Of a DNA stretch of 64,000 bases, positions 39,794 to 50,275 are shown in pieces. The notes under the pieces are model-generated. The model was not told the origin of the DNA. It was given only the letters and a program-made list of their open reading frames with translations, and made no database searches. Each line of letters opens with the position of its first letter. Within the stretch, counting starts at the first letter, position 1. A program made the translations under genes and the position numbers. This DNA comes from an uncultured virus (IMG/VR IMGVR_UViG_3300037962_000140). Its lineage: Duplodnaviria > Heunggongvirae > Uroviricota > Caudoviricetes. The stretch lies in IMG/VR virus record IMGVR_UViG_3300037962_000140, positions 1 to 64,000 of that record; one strand, given 5' to 3'.

Positions 39794-41236
39794 CTAGCGT
39801 AACCAGTCCTGCCACTTATCATCTCCTAGGACTTCCTGAGCAAGATCTAGTTTATTTCTGAGGGCGTCGACAATTTTTTCATCTACTGTATCTTTGGCTA
39901 CAAGATCAACGTAGGTAACTTTATTAGTCTGCCCAATACGGTGCGCTCTATCTTCAGACTGTAAGCGTTTCTCTAAGTCAAAATTGTTAGAGTAGTAAAT
40001 TACATTCTTAGCTTCGGTCAACGTAATCCCATACCCCCCTGTTTGTGTGTTTCCTACGAAAAACCGTAACGGGGATTCAGGGTCTTGAAAATCTCTAATA
40101 ACACGCTCACGCTCATCAGGATGAGTATCTCCGAAATAAGAAGATACTGCCTGTGTACCAAACACTTCGTGTAAGCTGTTTACTATTTCTACAATGTTCT
40201 GTCGATAGTTCGCCCAGATTATTACCTTGCCTTGCATCTCTGATATTACTTCGAACATTGAGTCAATACGATTATTGTCTATAGGGATGTCTTTGTCATC
40301 ATCACTTTTAACATGGCCACATACTATCTGATGAAGTCTTAATAACTGTGTGAGTATGTTCGTAACAGAAATCTGTTCCTGATCTTCTAGGATCGTGATT
40401 GCGTATTCTTTTAACTCGTTATAGAGCTTCTTCTGTTCAGCTGTCAGTTCTACGTCTCTGCGCTGATAGACTTTATCAGGTAAGTCTAAGCAGTCTTTCT
40501 TCAATACCCTGAAGGAAAACTTATCTAGTTTCGTGGTTAGTTCATCTAGGTTTCTAAACCCTACAACCTGTTTCACTGTTCTCCCTCCGAAGTACCGATT
40601 AACAACCTCACCGTAATGATTCTGAAAAGAATAGAAAGAACTAAACCCTAGCAGATTTCTCTCTAAGGTCTCTGTCTGGCTATACAGGTCTAGTGGTGAT
40701 TGAGTTATTGGAAACCCTGTCAGTATTCTTCTAAACTTAGCGTCTTTACTAAGTTTTATGATTGCCTTAGTTCTAGCAGCTTTCGGATTCTTAATTGTCG
40801 TTGATTCATCAACCGCGAACATTGTTAAGTGACTGAAGATAAACTTCTCAGTGAACGTCACTCCTTTCTTTGAGCTAAACGCCTCTACGTTTATGACCAG
40901 GATCTTCAGCTTATCCATTACATCAAACAACGCGGTTAGATCTTCTTTCTCCTTCTTACGAGGATTAGGCGACCAAACGGCTATGTGGTGATCTATGTAG
41001 TCAGGGAGGTGTGTAGGTATCTCCCTAGAAGCCCAGTTTTTGTAGACTCCTTTAGGGGCGATAATAACAGCTGCGTTGATAGCTCCTTTACCGTAAAGTA
41101 TGCCAATAGTATCAATTAAGACTTTCGACTTCCCCGTACCCATCTCCATGAACAGCGCATACTTCTCTTTTTTCCATGAGCGAAGCAACGCAGTGCGTTG
41201 ATGTTCAAACGGTTCAGTCTTGAATTCGTATTTCAA
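39794..41236 (-). CDS. SNF2-family (SF2) helicase
   Basis: MEMGTGKS, DEST, LTGFP, GGYGITL, QSEDRAHRIGQ. Confidence 0.92.
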   Translation of the reverse strand: MKYEFKTEPFEHQRTALLRSWKKEKYALFMEMGTGKSKVLIDTIGILYGKGAINAAVIIAPKGVYKNWASREIPTHLPDYIDHHIAVWSPNPRKKEKEDLTALFDVMDKLKILVINVEAFSSKKGVTFTEKFIFSHLTMFAVDESTTIKNPKAARTKAIIKLSKDAKFRRILTGFPITQSPLDLYSQTETLERNLLGFSSFYSFQNHYGEVVNRYFGGRTVKQVVGFRNLDELTTKLDKFSFRVLKKDCLDLPDKVYQRRDVELTAEQKKLYNELKEYAITILEDQEQISVTNILTQLLRLHQIVCGHVKSDDDKDIPIDNNRIDSMFEVISEMQGKVIIWANYRQNIVEIVNSLHEVFGTQAVSSYFGDTHPDERERVIRDFQDPESPLRFFVGNTQTGGYGITLTEAKNVIYYSNNFDLEKRLQSEDRAHRIGQTNKVTYVDLVAKDTVDEKIVDALRNKLDLAQEVLGDDKWQDWLR

Positions 41237-41340
41237 GACTCTATTTCCTTTCTAAGTTCTAATAGAGATTATAGTAAAAAATAATAAAAATAGAAAATTT
41301 ATTTCTTGAGAAAAAGCCCCTTACTAATACAACTAATATA

Positions 41341-41456
41341 TTCTATTACTTTCTTCTCTCTGTTTTTCCCTTACGTCTCAACTGCTTAGGACTGAATTAT
41401 TACTTCTATTACTCTATTGCTCTTCTTTTACAAAATTTTTAAAAAAGTTTTTATTT
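41341..41456. repeat. AT-rich element, inverted copy of 60478-60594
   Basis: three exact reverse-complement blocks (12, 21, 16 bp) in conserved register. Confidence 0.8.
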
Positions 41457-41482
41457 TAAAATCAAGTAATACAATAAATACC

Positions 41483-41514
41483 GCTTTACTTTCCAGCGAG
41501 TCCTCTAGTAAAGT
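41483..41514 (+). promoter_or_regulatory. phage promoter motif
   Basis: GC-TTTACT-N18-TAAAGT. Confidence 0.6.
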
Positions 41515-41540
41515 TTTTACTTATAAAGGAGAAATTAGAA

Positions 41541-41876
41541 ATGACAGTGTATATTGTGCAAGAATCTCCTGGAAAAAACTTAGTCCCTGCTCAAAAGTAC
41601 GGTGAACTAGAGTTACTACTTCCAGCGAGAACAAACCTGATGCTTTCTACAGGACCAGAGGTTTTAAAACTAAAGAGAAAGCTAAGTGATTTCAATGATG
41701 AAGATTACCTGTTACTGGTGGGAGACCCAGCAGCAATAGGTTTATGTTGTGCTATCGCAGCATCCGTAAACGGACGGTTTTCAGTTTTGAAGTGGGATAG
41801 ACAGGAGATGGCTTACTATCCTGTTACATTCGATATAAGAAGAACTCCAACAGAATTAGGGGAATTATATGTCTGA
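41541..41876 (+). CDS. hypothetical protein
   Basis: DYLLLVGDP, LKWDRQ; AAGGAG RBS. Confidence 0.75.
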   Translation: MTVYIVQESPGKNLVPAQKYGELELLLPARTNLMLSTGPEVLKLKRKLSDFNDEDYLLLVGDPAAIGLCCAIAASVNGRFSVLKWDRQEMAYYPVTFDIRRTPTELGELYV

Positions 41877-42450
41877 GACAGAAGACGCAGGGTTGACTTT
41901 CGAGGAGTTGACTGGTGGAGAAACCACAGAAGAGTGGAGCGACACCACTACTGATAATGAATACTCTAAGATTTCTGCAACAGCGCAGAGACTACTACAT
42001 CAAGATAGACTAGTAGAAAGTTTAGAAGCTGACTTGAAAGCGGCTAAAGAACTAGCCAGAACAATACGGGAACAAGAGCTTCCTGAAGCAATGCAGTCTG
42101 CTAACTTGATGGAAATAAAATTAACAGACGGCTCTAAGATATCCATAGAGCAGTTCTATAAAGGTCACATCTCCGAAGCTAACAGAGATAAAGCACACGA
42201 CTGGTTAATGGCTAACGGTCACGGTGGAATTATTAAACATGAGATTACTGTTAAGTTCGGTAAGGACGAAGACGAAAAGGCTTCGAACACATTAGAGAGA
42301 TTAAAGCAGCAGGGACTAGACCCTGCGGTTAAGCAAGGAGTTCATTCACAGACGTTAAATGCGTTTGTGAAGGAGCAGCTCACGGGTGGGAAGGATATTC
42401 CTGCTGATTTATTCGGGATATACGTGGGATCCCGCGCCAAAATAAAGTAG
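41869..42450 (+). CDS. replication-region protein
   Basis: LPEAM, WL..NGHG.IIK, VH.QTL.AFVKE. Confidence 0.75.
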   Translation: MSETEDAGLTFEELTGGETTEEWSDTTTDNEYSKISATAQRLLHQDRLVESLEADLKAAKELARTIREQELPEAMQSANLMEIKLTDGSKISIEQFYKGHISEANRDKAHDWLMANGHGGIIKHEITVKFGKDEDEKASNTLERLKQQGLDPAVKQGVHSQTLNAFVKEQLTGGKDIPADLFGIYVGSRAKIK

Positions 42451-42460
42451 AGGAAAAACT

Positions 42461-43252
42461 ATGGCTAGTAAGAAAGTAGCAGAGCAGCAAGCCTCTGACC
42501 TCATACCTTTCGATGACGATTTGTTATCTGCGGGTACAGGGCTAGAGGACGCGGAGGCTTCAGATTATGCAATTCCGTTTCTACGGATTCTGCAATCAAT
42601 GTCGCCTCAATTAAAAAAGAGTGACGGTAAATATATCGCTGAGGCAGAAGAAGGTAACTTCTTCAATACGGTTACTGAGGCGGTGTACGACGGGTCAGAC
42701 GGAGTATTGATTATTCCATGCGCCTATAAAAAGAAGTATATAGAGTGGGTGACTCGGGAAAACGGTGGTGGTTTCGTAAGTGACCAACATAATATACAGA
42801 CATTAGCATCTTGTAAAAAAGATGACAGTGGACGTTTTATCATGCCTAATGGTAATCAACTTGCTGAAACGGCAGAGTATTACTGTATTTTTGCGCAAGA
42901 TGAAAATGCTCCTGAGCAAGTTCTATTGAGCTTGACTTCTTCACAGCTAGGCTTTTCGAGACGTTGGAATACAATGTTGAACAATGCTCGAGTGGTAAAT
43001 AAGGCAGGAGAAGCTGTACCAGCTCCTATGTTTGCACATACATATCGACTAACTACAATTCCGCAATCTAATGATCAATATAGTTGGATGGGACTTTCTG
43101 TTGAAAAAGAAGGGCCAACTTCGTTGCCATTAGCAACAGCGGCATTAGAGTTTATGAAGGCGGCTAGACAAGGCACTGTTCAAGTACAACAAGAACAAGA
43201 ATCAGTGGTAACAACTACGGAGGAAGAGAACGAGGACGACGTTCCATTTTAG
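42461..43252 (+). CDS. putative single-stranded DNA-binding protein
   Basis: IPFLRILQSMSPQ; acidic C-terminus ending EDDVPF. Confidence 0.7.
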   Translation: MASKKVAEQQASDLIPFDDDLLSAGTGLEDAEASDYAIPFLRILQSMSPQLKKSDGKYIAEAEEGNFFNTVTEAVYDGSDGVLIIPCAYKKKYIEWVTRENGGGFVSDQHNIQTLASCKKDDSGRFIMPNGNQLAETAEYYCIFAQDENAPEQVLLSLTSSQLGFSRRWNTMLNNARVVNKAGEAVPAPMFAHTYRLTTIPQSNDQYSWMGLSVEKEGPTSLPLATAALEFMKAARQGTVQVQQEQESVVTTTEEENEDDVPF

Positions 43253-43267
43253 TGTTAAGGGTGAGCA

Positions 43268-44791
43268 ATGTCATTACAGGAAGAGTTTGCCCACCGTTTT
43301 GCGGGGTTAAGGCACGGTCATAGTGTCTTTACCCCGACAAAAGAAACACGGGAAGATGGGAAAGCAAAGGGTAAGTATGTAACTATATCTAAAACTCTGA
43401 GCAAAAAAGAACTTGAGGATATTTGGTTACAACACCTAAAAGGTGAAAGAGGTCTCGGTATAGTACCGATTGACGAAGATAACAACTGCATTTGGGGATC
43501 TATTGACATCGATGAGTTTTCAGTAGATCTGAAGGCTTTAGCCAAGAAGCTAAAGAAATTTAAATTACCTTTGGTCGTGTGTCGATCAAAGAGTGGAGGG
43601 GCGCACTTATTTCTATTTGTGTTTGACCCCGTCCCTGCGTCTACGATGCAACGAAAACTTAGACAAGTAGCGTCTGCTATTGGGTTTGGCCAGTCTGAGA
43701 TATTTCCTAAGCAAACTAAGCTCTTATTAGAGCGAGGGGATAGAGGAAGTTCTCTGAACATGCCTTATTTTGGCGGGGAGAACTCTACTGGTTACGGCTT
43801 CGGCCCGACTGGTAAAGTTCTCAGTCCGAAAGAATTCCTAGAGTATGTAGAGACACTCGTTCTAACTGAAGAAGAGTTAGAGAAACTAGAAGTGGTTCCT
43901 ATACTAGAGGACGCTGAGTGGCTAGATCAGGCTCCTCCTTGTTTAGAGCATCTAATAGCTCAAGGGTTTCCGAAAGGAATGCGAAACTCAGGACTGTTTA
44001 ACGTAGGAGTTTTTCTACGAAAGAAGTTCCCAGATGATTGGGAAAGCCGAGTAGAGCAGGCTAACCATAAGCACTTCTCTCCTCCTTTGAGTGCACAAGA
44101 AGTGTTAACGGTTACGAAACAGGTTCAGAAGAAAGATTATTTCTATAAGTGTAACGATCAGCCGATAGCGGGACACTGTAACAGTCCTCTATGTAGAACT
44201 CGTAAATTCGGTATAGGAGCTTCGGGCGGCACTCCTCTGTTCAGTAATCTAACTAAACAGAATAGTGATCCACCTATCTGGTTCTTAGACGTAGAAGGTG
44301 GACGACTAGAGTTAGAAACTGAAGAACTGCTGAACCAGAATAGGTTTCAGAGAAAGTGTATGGATAGCCTCAATATTATTCCTCAGAAGGTAAGGGATAA
44401 TGTCTGGCGTCAGATTATACAACAGCTCCTGGATACTTTAACTATCATCGAAGTTCCTAAAGACGCATCAACTGAGGGGCATTTCAACGAATTATTAGAG
44501 ACGTTTTGTACTGAACGTCCTGCTAGAGAACGTGACGAGTTACTATTAGGAAAGCCGTGGTCAGATAAGGATAGAACATATTTTAGACTAGGCGATCTGA
44601 TGGACTACTTACATCGCAAGAACTTTAGAGAGTACCCTAGAAATAAACTTACAGCTAAATTGAGGAACATGGGAGGAGATTCTTATTTCTTCAATATAAA
44701 AGGGAAAGGTGCGAATGTGTGGCACATACCACAGTTTGAAGCTCAGACAGAATCACACGATTTACCTGATTTCGACGACAGCGTACTGTAG
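43268..44791 (+). CDS. AEP-type primase (prim-pol)
   Basis: IDID, RSKSGGAHLF, PPCL, G.RN..LFN PriCT-like region. Confidence 0.8.
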   Translation: MSLQEEFAHRFAGLRHGHSVFTPTKETREDGKAKGKYVTISKTLSKKELEDIWLQHLKGERGLGIVPIDEDNNCIWGSIDIDEFSVDLKALAKKLKKFKLPLVVCRSKSGGAHLFLFVFDPVPASTMQRKLRQVASAIGFGQSEIFPKQTKLLLERGDRGSSLNMPYFGGENSTGYGFGPTGKVLSPKEFLEYVETLVLTEEELEKLEVVPILEDAEWLDQAPPCLEHLIAQGFPKGMRNSGLFNVGVFLRKKFPDDWESRVEQANHKHFSPPLSAQEVLTVTKQVQKKDYFYKCNDQPIAGHCNSPLCRTRKFGIGASGGTPLFSNLTKQNSDPPIWFLDVEGGRLELETEELLNQNRFQRKCMDSLNIIPQKVRDNVWRQIIQQLLDTLTIIEVPKDASTEGHFNELLETFCTERPARERDELLLGKPWSDKDRTYFRLGDLMDYLHRKNFREYPRNKLTAKLRNMGGDSYFFNIKGKGANVWHIPQFEAQTESHDLPDFDDSVL

Positions 44792-46285
44792 ATGCTAACA
44801 CAACGGGCACAAATAATACTTGGCCCTCCTGGAACTGGTAAAACAAGCACCTTGTTAGGGTTACTCGAAGAGGAACTTGATAAAGGAACAGACCCTGAAG
44901 ACATAGGGTTCTTTACGTTTACGAAACAGGCAGTGCAGGAAGGAAAGAGCAGAGCGATGTCGAAGTTCTCTGTGACTAATAACCAACTGCGGTATTTTAG
45001 AACCCTCCACTCGTTATGTTTTTATCAGTTGAGTCTATCTAAAAGCAGTGTTATGTCTTCTTCGGATATACACGACTTAAATGAAAAGCTGAACCTTAGA
45101 TTGAAAGGAGCAGTAAGTACCGAAGAAGGACACATCTCTGGCATCTCTAAAGATGATCGACTATTGTTCATAGAAAATCTCTCTAGGATGCGACAAGTCA
45201 GTTTAGAAACACAGTGGCACGACGCTGACGATGCTGTGGGTTGGTTCGAGTTAGAAAGGTTTGCTAACGGACTAAAGCTGTTTAAACAGGATCGACTGTT
45301 GATCGACTACACTGATATGCTGCAACTGTTCCTTACCCGAGGAAAGGCTCCGAAGCTAGATGTAATGTTTGTCGATGAAGCTCAAGACCTTTCTCCTCTT
45401 CAATGGGCCGTGGTCAGGAAGTTGTGTGACTCAGCTGATCGTATCTATATCGCAGGCGACGATGATCAAGCTATCTATCGTTGGGCTGGTGCAGATGTCG
45501 ATTACCTCATTCGGAACTCTAAAGATGCGATGGTTCTCAAACAGTCCTATAGAATCCCTAAATCTATCCATAGCCTTGCCGAGCGTTGTATCGGACAAGT
45601 CGGTTCGCGTGTACATAAAGTGTGGAACCCTAGAAAAGAAGAAGGACACGTTTCGTGGGAACCGTCTTATGAAACTATAGACATGGAACACGGTGAGTGG
45701 TTAGTGTTAGCAAGGACAAATTATCTACTCAACAACATCGAACAACACTGTAGGTCTGAAGGTTGGTTCTATAAAAGCAAAAATAAGCCAAGCGTTTCGG
45801 AAAGGAAGATCATGTCAGTGCGATCTTGGGAGAGTTTTAGAAAAGGAGAGGGAATCCCCTTTGTAGATTTTACCAAAGTGCTTAATTATTTAAAGATTCG
45901 TCTACCTAACTCCCTCGAGAATTTCGACTTTGATACTTATATCACACACGAAATAGCCTCAAAACACATTCCCAACCTTCCTAACGAATATTGGTACGAT
46001 GTATTCACGGCAATCTCAGCAGATGAGCGCAGTTACATACGAGCCATGCTTAGGCGGGGTGAAAAGATCACGAAAGAACCACGGATACGCTTATCCACCA
46101 TTCACGCAGCCAAAGGAGGTGAAGCAGATAATGTAATTTTACTAACCGACATATCAAGTCGCGTGTACAAATCTTTCCAGGATAATCCTGACGATGAGTC
46201 GCGTGTGTTTTATGTAGGGCTTACTAGAGCAAAAGAAAATCTTTATTTAATTGAGCCGCAGACGCAAAAGTATTTTCCGCTTTAG
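44792..46285 (+). CDS. UvrD/Rep-like SF1 helicase
   Basis: GPPGTGKT, DEAQD, GDDDQAIY, QSYR, STIHAAKGGE, YVGLTRAK. Confidence 0.93.
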   Translation: MLTQRAQIILGPPGTGKTSTLLGLLEEELDKGTDPEDIGFFTFTKQAVQEGKSRAMSKFSVTNNQLRYFRTLHSLCFYQLSLSKSSVMSSSDIHDLNEKLNLRLKGAVSTEEGHISGISKDDRLLFIENLSRMRQVSLETQWHDADDAVGWFELERFANGLKLFKQDRLLIDYTDMLQLFLTRGKAPKLDVMFVDEAQDLSPLQWAVVRKLCDSADRIYIAGDDDQAIYRWAGADVDYLIRNSKDAMVLKQSYRIPKSIHSLAERCIGQVGSRVHKVWNPRKEEGHVSWEPSYETIDMEHGEWLVLARTNYLLNNIEQHCRSEGWFYKSKNKPSVSERKIMSVRSWESFRKGEGIPFVDFTKVLNYLKIRLPNSLENFDFDTYITHEIASKHIPNLPNEYWYDVFTAISADERSYIRAMLRRGEKITKEPRIRLSTIHAAKGGEADNVILLTDISSRVYKSFQDNPDDESRVFYVGLTRAKENLYLIEPQTQKYFPL

Positions 46286-46317
46286 TGCTTTACCTTCTAA
46301 GGGTCTTTAAGTAAACT
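46282..46317 (+). promoter_or_regulatory. phage promoter motif driving the modification cluster
   Basis: TTAGTGC-TTTACC-N17-TAAACT. Confidence 0.75.
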
Positions 46318-46340
46318 AATAAATAAGAAAGGAGAAATAA

Positions 46341-46865
46341 ATGAATATATTTGTTACTGACCCAGATCCAGTAATAAGTGCACAGACGTTGTGTGATAAA
46401 CACGTTGTCAAGATGGTACTTGAATCAGCGCAGATGTTATCTACAGCTTGGCGCGAACCTAACGATCTAAGGTCGAGTGAATTCTCGTCAAAGTACGCAG
46501 ACGAACATGAATTATACAAAACCGCACATCCTAATCACCCCTGTAGTATTTGGGTTAGACAAGCTCGAGAAAACTATAAGTGGTTATACAGACACTTCGT
46601 TGCTTTGTGCGATGAGTACACACACCGCTACGGGAAAAGTCATGCCTCTGCTAGACTCAAGGGGCCATTGATGTGGCGTCCTTTTAGATCTAGTGCCCTA
46701 CTAGATGCGATAGAAGAACCTTACGGGTTCGTACTAGCAATGCCAGATGAATATAAGTCAGACGATGTGTTTGACTCTTATCGAAATTATTTAATAAACG
46801 AAAAACAACATTTTGCTAAATGGGAGAAAGACCCTAGCCGCAAACCAACATGGTGGAGAACATAA
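46341..46865 (+). CDS. pyrimidine-dimer DNA glycosylase-like (DenV family)
   Basis: MNIF, DKHVVKM.LE.AQMLST, H.NHPC..W, EY..RYGK.H, AMPDEY. Confidence 0.8.
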   Translation: MNIFVTDPDPVISAQTLCDKHVVKMVLESAQMLSTAWREPNDLRSSEFSSKYADEHELYKTAHPNHPCSIWVRQARENYKWLYRHFVALCDEYTHRYGKSHASARLKGPLMWRPFRSSALLDAIEEPYGFVLAMPDEYKSDDVFDSYRNYLINEKQHFAKWEKDPSRKPTWWRT

Positions 46866-47728
46866 TGGCTTCTATTAGGAAGAAACTCGAAGAAAACGTA
46901 AACAACAGTAAAAACACTCGAATGGATATTGCTAGTGGAAATATGCTAGGAAACTGGCGACCTGACGAGATCACCCACATGACTCGTTACGATAAGATTT
47001 CCTCGCTCTGTATCGAAGAAGCGAAGAAATTAGGCAGACCTATCAACACGCTAGAGGCAGGATGTGGAGAGATATGGGTTCTTAGAAATCTGTACAAAGC
47101 CTACACCGTTAAGAAGTCTGACATCATCGCCTCTTATCGAGGAGTCGATATAGACCCTGCGTGTCTCAACGAGAAACAAGGGTACAGCAGCCCGACAGGA
47201 CTAGTAGAAGATTCTACTTGGTTTAAGAACTTCAACGGGCAGATCGATATCCAAGACCTTACCGTTAACCCTGTATTCGATTTACCTGATAACTCTATTG
47301 ATTTCTTCTGGACGACAGAAGTTATTGAACACATGAACCGAGAGTTCATTCAAGCGTGGCTTGATGATGCTAACCGTGTTTTGAGACCAGGAGGTTTGAT
47401 TTACGTCTCTACACCTAACCACGACGGCTCCAACGATAAGTTGCCTGAAGACCACATATACGAATGGGGGTTCGAAGAACTCAAGAAAGAGTTGACCCGA
47501 TATACTCGAGGATGGTTTTTACAATCTGTAGTTGGTACGTTCGCTCAGATGCCTAAACTAAAAGCAGCTATGCATAAAGACAACGAAGACGGTGAGTGGC
47601 GGTTGATGGAAGACCAGTTCGAGTTATTACAAGAACGCTACGGTAAACAGTTTCTTAGAGTAGTAGCCGCGACGTACTTCCCAGAAGTATCTAACAACTG
47701 TGCATGGATATTAAGAAAGAAACCATGA
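46865..47728 (+). CDS. class I SAM-dependent methyltransferase
   Basis: LEAGCGE, GVDID, EVIEHM, VLRPGGLIYVSTPN. Confidence 0.88.
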   Translation: MASIRKKLEENVNNSKNTRMDIASGNMLGNWRPDEITHMTRYDKISSLCIEEAKKLGRPINTLEAGCGEIWVLRNLYKAYTVKKSDIIASYRGVDIDPACLNEKQGYSSPTGLVEDSTWFKNFNGQIDIQDLTVNPVFDLPDNSIDFFWTTEVIEHMNREFIQAWLDDANRVLRPGGLIYVSTPNHDGSNDKLPEDHIYEWGFEELKKELTRYTRGWFLQSVVGTFAQMPKLKAAMHKDNEDGEWRLMEDQFELLQERYGKQFLRVVAATYFPEVSNNCAWILRKKP

Positions 47729-48675
47729 GCCAGATGCCTTTTATTTCAGAAGAGCTTGTTCTCTATCTGTATTGGATAGAAGAACGAGAGCGGATTAGAC
47801 GAAAGAAAGAAGATGCTGAAGCTGACCCGCCTTGGACTGAAGATGAGATTTTCAAGAAGTTCAAGTTCTGTCAAGTCTTTCGAGAAGACGATAGAACAAC
47901 TCGTTGGTTCGCTGCTCATATACGCAGACCGTTATCTGCTGAACCTGAAGTAGCGATGGCAACGATCATCTTTAGATTTTTCAACTTGATTGAGACAGGA
48001 AGAACGCTGTTAGACCACAATCTACATCTCGAGTGGGATAGAGAGAAAGCTATCGAAGAGATCAGTAAACAACCTAAATGGGTAACAGGAGCTTATATCG
48101 TTAAGACTCCTAATCGCATGAACAAGGTCAAAGGTGTTGCTGAATGTGTTTCTCATATCTGGTCTAAACGTGAACAGCTACTTGCTGCGCTAGAGAGAAT
48201 GACCACCCTTGAAGAGGCGTGGTCTTTTCTCATGCAGTACCCGTATATCGGTCCTTTCGTTTCGTACGAAATTGTAACTGACTTACGACACACCTATCTG
48301 TTAAACGAAGCAACAGATATCCGTACTTGGGGTAATCCAGGACCAGGAGCCATGAGAGGATTGAACAGACTAACAGGTAGACCACTAGACTTTACTCGTA
48401 AAACACACGACTGGCATACAGAGATGCGAATCCTGTACGACATTTGTCAAGAAGAACTAACAGTTCCTGGAATGACCACAGATAGTCCGTACTACCGAAT
48501 GCCGTTTGAAATGCGAGAGGTAGAGGGAGGATTGTGCGAGTTCGATAAGTACTCTCGAATATATAAAGGAGAAGGCCGTACACGAAGCGTGTATGACTAC
48601 TCTAATAGGGAAATGCCACTAATAGAAGATTTACATAAAGGAGAAAGCAAATGGGTAAACTCAAACAACACGTGA
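47725..48675 (+). CDS. 5-hmdU DNA kinase-like protein (aGPT-Pplase1/HMUDK family)
   Basis: ERE.IR, PPWT.D.I..FKFCQVFREDDRTT, FRFFN, IGPF.SYE.VTDL, GPGA.RGL, E..LCEFDKY. Confidence 0.82.
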   Translation: MSQMPFISEELVLYLYWIEERERIRRKKEDAEADPPWTEDEIFKKFKFCQVFREDDRTTRWFAAHIRRPLSAEPEVAMATIIFRFFNLIETGRTLLDHNLHLEWDREKAIEEISKQPKWVTGAYIVKTPNRMNKVKGVAECVSHIWSKREQLLAALERMTTLEEAWSFLMQYPYIGPFVSYEIVTDLRHTYLLNEATDIRTWGNPGPGAMRGLNRLTGRPLDFTRKTHDWHTEMRILYDICQEELTVPGMTTDSPYYRMPFEMREVEGGLCEFDKYSRIYKGEGRTRSVYDYSNREMPLIEDLHKGESKWVNSNNT

Positions 48676-48887
48676 TGGAAGGGGAAGAAAGCTACGCTGA
48701 AAAAGTGATGTTTTATTACGGTAACTTCCTAGTTGGATGTATGGAAGATAGGACGATGCCTAACACGTGGCAGGACGCTATCAACGCGATACATTGGTCT
48801 ATGTATTTCGAAGGGAAAGAGATTAGTCGATTGCAGATCGAATATATTCTTAAAGAGAACACGGAGAGTTTATATGAAGACGATTAG
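48651..48887 (+). CDS. hypothetical protein in the modification cluster
   Basis: AAGGAG RBS; overlaps both neighbours. Confidence 0.6.
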   Translation: MGKLKQHVMEGEESYAEKVMFYYGNFLVGCMEDRTMPNTWQDAINAIHWSMYFEGKEISRLQIEYILKENTESLYEDD

Positions 48888-49941
48888 AGCTAGGAACGTG
48901 GATGAAGCTCTTTATTTAGGAGTGGACTTTTTTCGAGGCCCAGAAGGGGTCAACTACAGAAAGCAAGAAAGTAGAAATGGAATGACAAGAGAAGCCCTTG
49001 GACCAGTAGTCACTCACTTCACGAGACCTTGGGAACGTGTTTCATTTCAGAAAGAACGCGATGCAAATCCTTTCTTTCATTTGTACGAAGCTATCTGGAT
49101 GTTAGCAGGATCTAAAGAACTAAAGAAGCTGACTTATTTCAACGCAGGCATGGCTAACTTTTCAGACGATGGGGTGACGTTAAACGGTGCTTATGGGTAT
49201 AGATGGACTAAGACCTTTATGTGGAATCAGATCGACATAATTATAAAAATGCTAAAAGAAGACCCAGACTCTAGGCGTTGTGTATTACAAATGTGGGACG
49301 GTGTGCACGACTTGAACAGTTCGAGTATCGACATACCCTGTAACACAAACATCTATTTCAAAATCCGAGATGGAAAATTACAGATGACAGTCTGTAATCG
49401 GTCGAACGATATGATTTGGGGAGCTTACGGAGCCAACGCAGTCCATATGTCAATACTAATGGAATACGTTGCCGTTGCAGTAAACGCCCCGATGGGTTCG
49501 TACTACCAGATCAGCGATAGTTTTCACATCTATGAAAATGAACAATGGGACAAGATAAAGGATTTATCAGGTAGAGGATTCGGCTCTTGGTTTTCTTCCA
49601 CTTACCCTTCACCTCACTATCCCTTGGTCTCAGACCCAGCCACATTTACCGATGAGTGCATGAAGTTTATACAGACTACTCCTCCTACTCGACGGTCTGG
49701 AAACCCAGAAGAAGTGGATGCGTTCTCACCGTCGTTTACTACGGAAACCTATAACAACACGTTCTTTCCTGACGTGATGATACCGATGGTTTCAGCATTT
49801 AGAAGCCACAAAGAAAGAAACTACAAGGAGGCTTATGACTTTCTTAAAGAAATTAAAGCACTGGATTGGCAAGAAGCCGCATTCCATTGGATTAAACGAA
49901 GACAACTTAATTGGGAGAAGAAACATGGGACTGGATCCTAA
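48874..49941 (+). CDS. thymidylate-synthase-family enzyme, probable dUMP hydroxymethylase
   Basis: RDANPFFH, GAYGYRW, DIPCN, RSND..WGAYGAN (Asn at the dUMP-specificity position), HIY. Confidence 0.82.
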   Translation: MKTIRARNVDEALYLGVDFFRGPEGVNYRKQESRNGMTREALGPVVTHFTRPWERVSFQKERDANPFFHLYEAIWMLAGSKELKKLTYFNAGMANFSDDGVTLNGAYGYRWTKTFMWNQIDIIIKMLKEDPDSRRCVLQMWDGVHDLNSSSIDIPCNTNIYFKIRDGKLQMTVCNRSNDMIWGAYGANAVHMSILMEYVAVAVNAPMGSYYQISDSFHIYENEQWDKIKDLSGRGFGSWFSSTYPSPHYPLVSDPATFTDECMKFIQTTPPTRRSGNPEEVDAFSPSFTTETYNNTFFPDVMIPMVSAFRSHKERNYKEAYDFLKEIKALDWQEAAFHWIKRRQLNWEKKHGTGS

Positions 49942-50275
49942 GTGGCAGGATGTTAAGTCTATTGCGCAGGAAGATATACACAGCCTGATTGAGTCTGAGA
50001 AGTCGTACGGAGACTCTTGGAGAAGACGCGGCGGCACTGGGGCGTTTATGATGTTAGCTCGTAAGTTCGACCGTATCGAACAACAGAGTAAAGACTGTAA
50101 CTACGATATTTTCGAAGCGGGAGACAAGTACAACGGCGAGGACGGCCTACTAGACGATATAGGGGATCTTAGACGATACCTCTTACTAGTAGAGCATCAC
50201 ATCAGATACGGCTCTAACGAGCTTATAGAGGAAAAGGTAAGGGATGTCGAGACAGATACCGTTGATTCAGCCTGA
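49925..50275 (+). CDS. DUF1599/Nmad1-like nucleotide-modification-associated protein
   Basis: YGDSW, K.DRI, DDIGDLRRY. Confidence 0.7.
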   Translation: MGLDPKWQDVKSIAQEDIHSLIESEKSYGDSWRRRGGTGAFMMLARKFDRIEQQSKDCNYDIFEAGDKYNGEDGLLDDIGDLRRYLLLVEHHIRYGSNELIEEKVRDVETDTVDSA

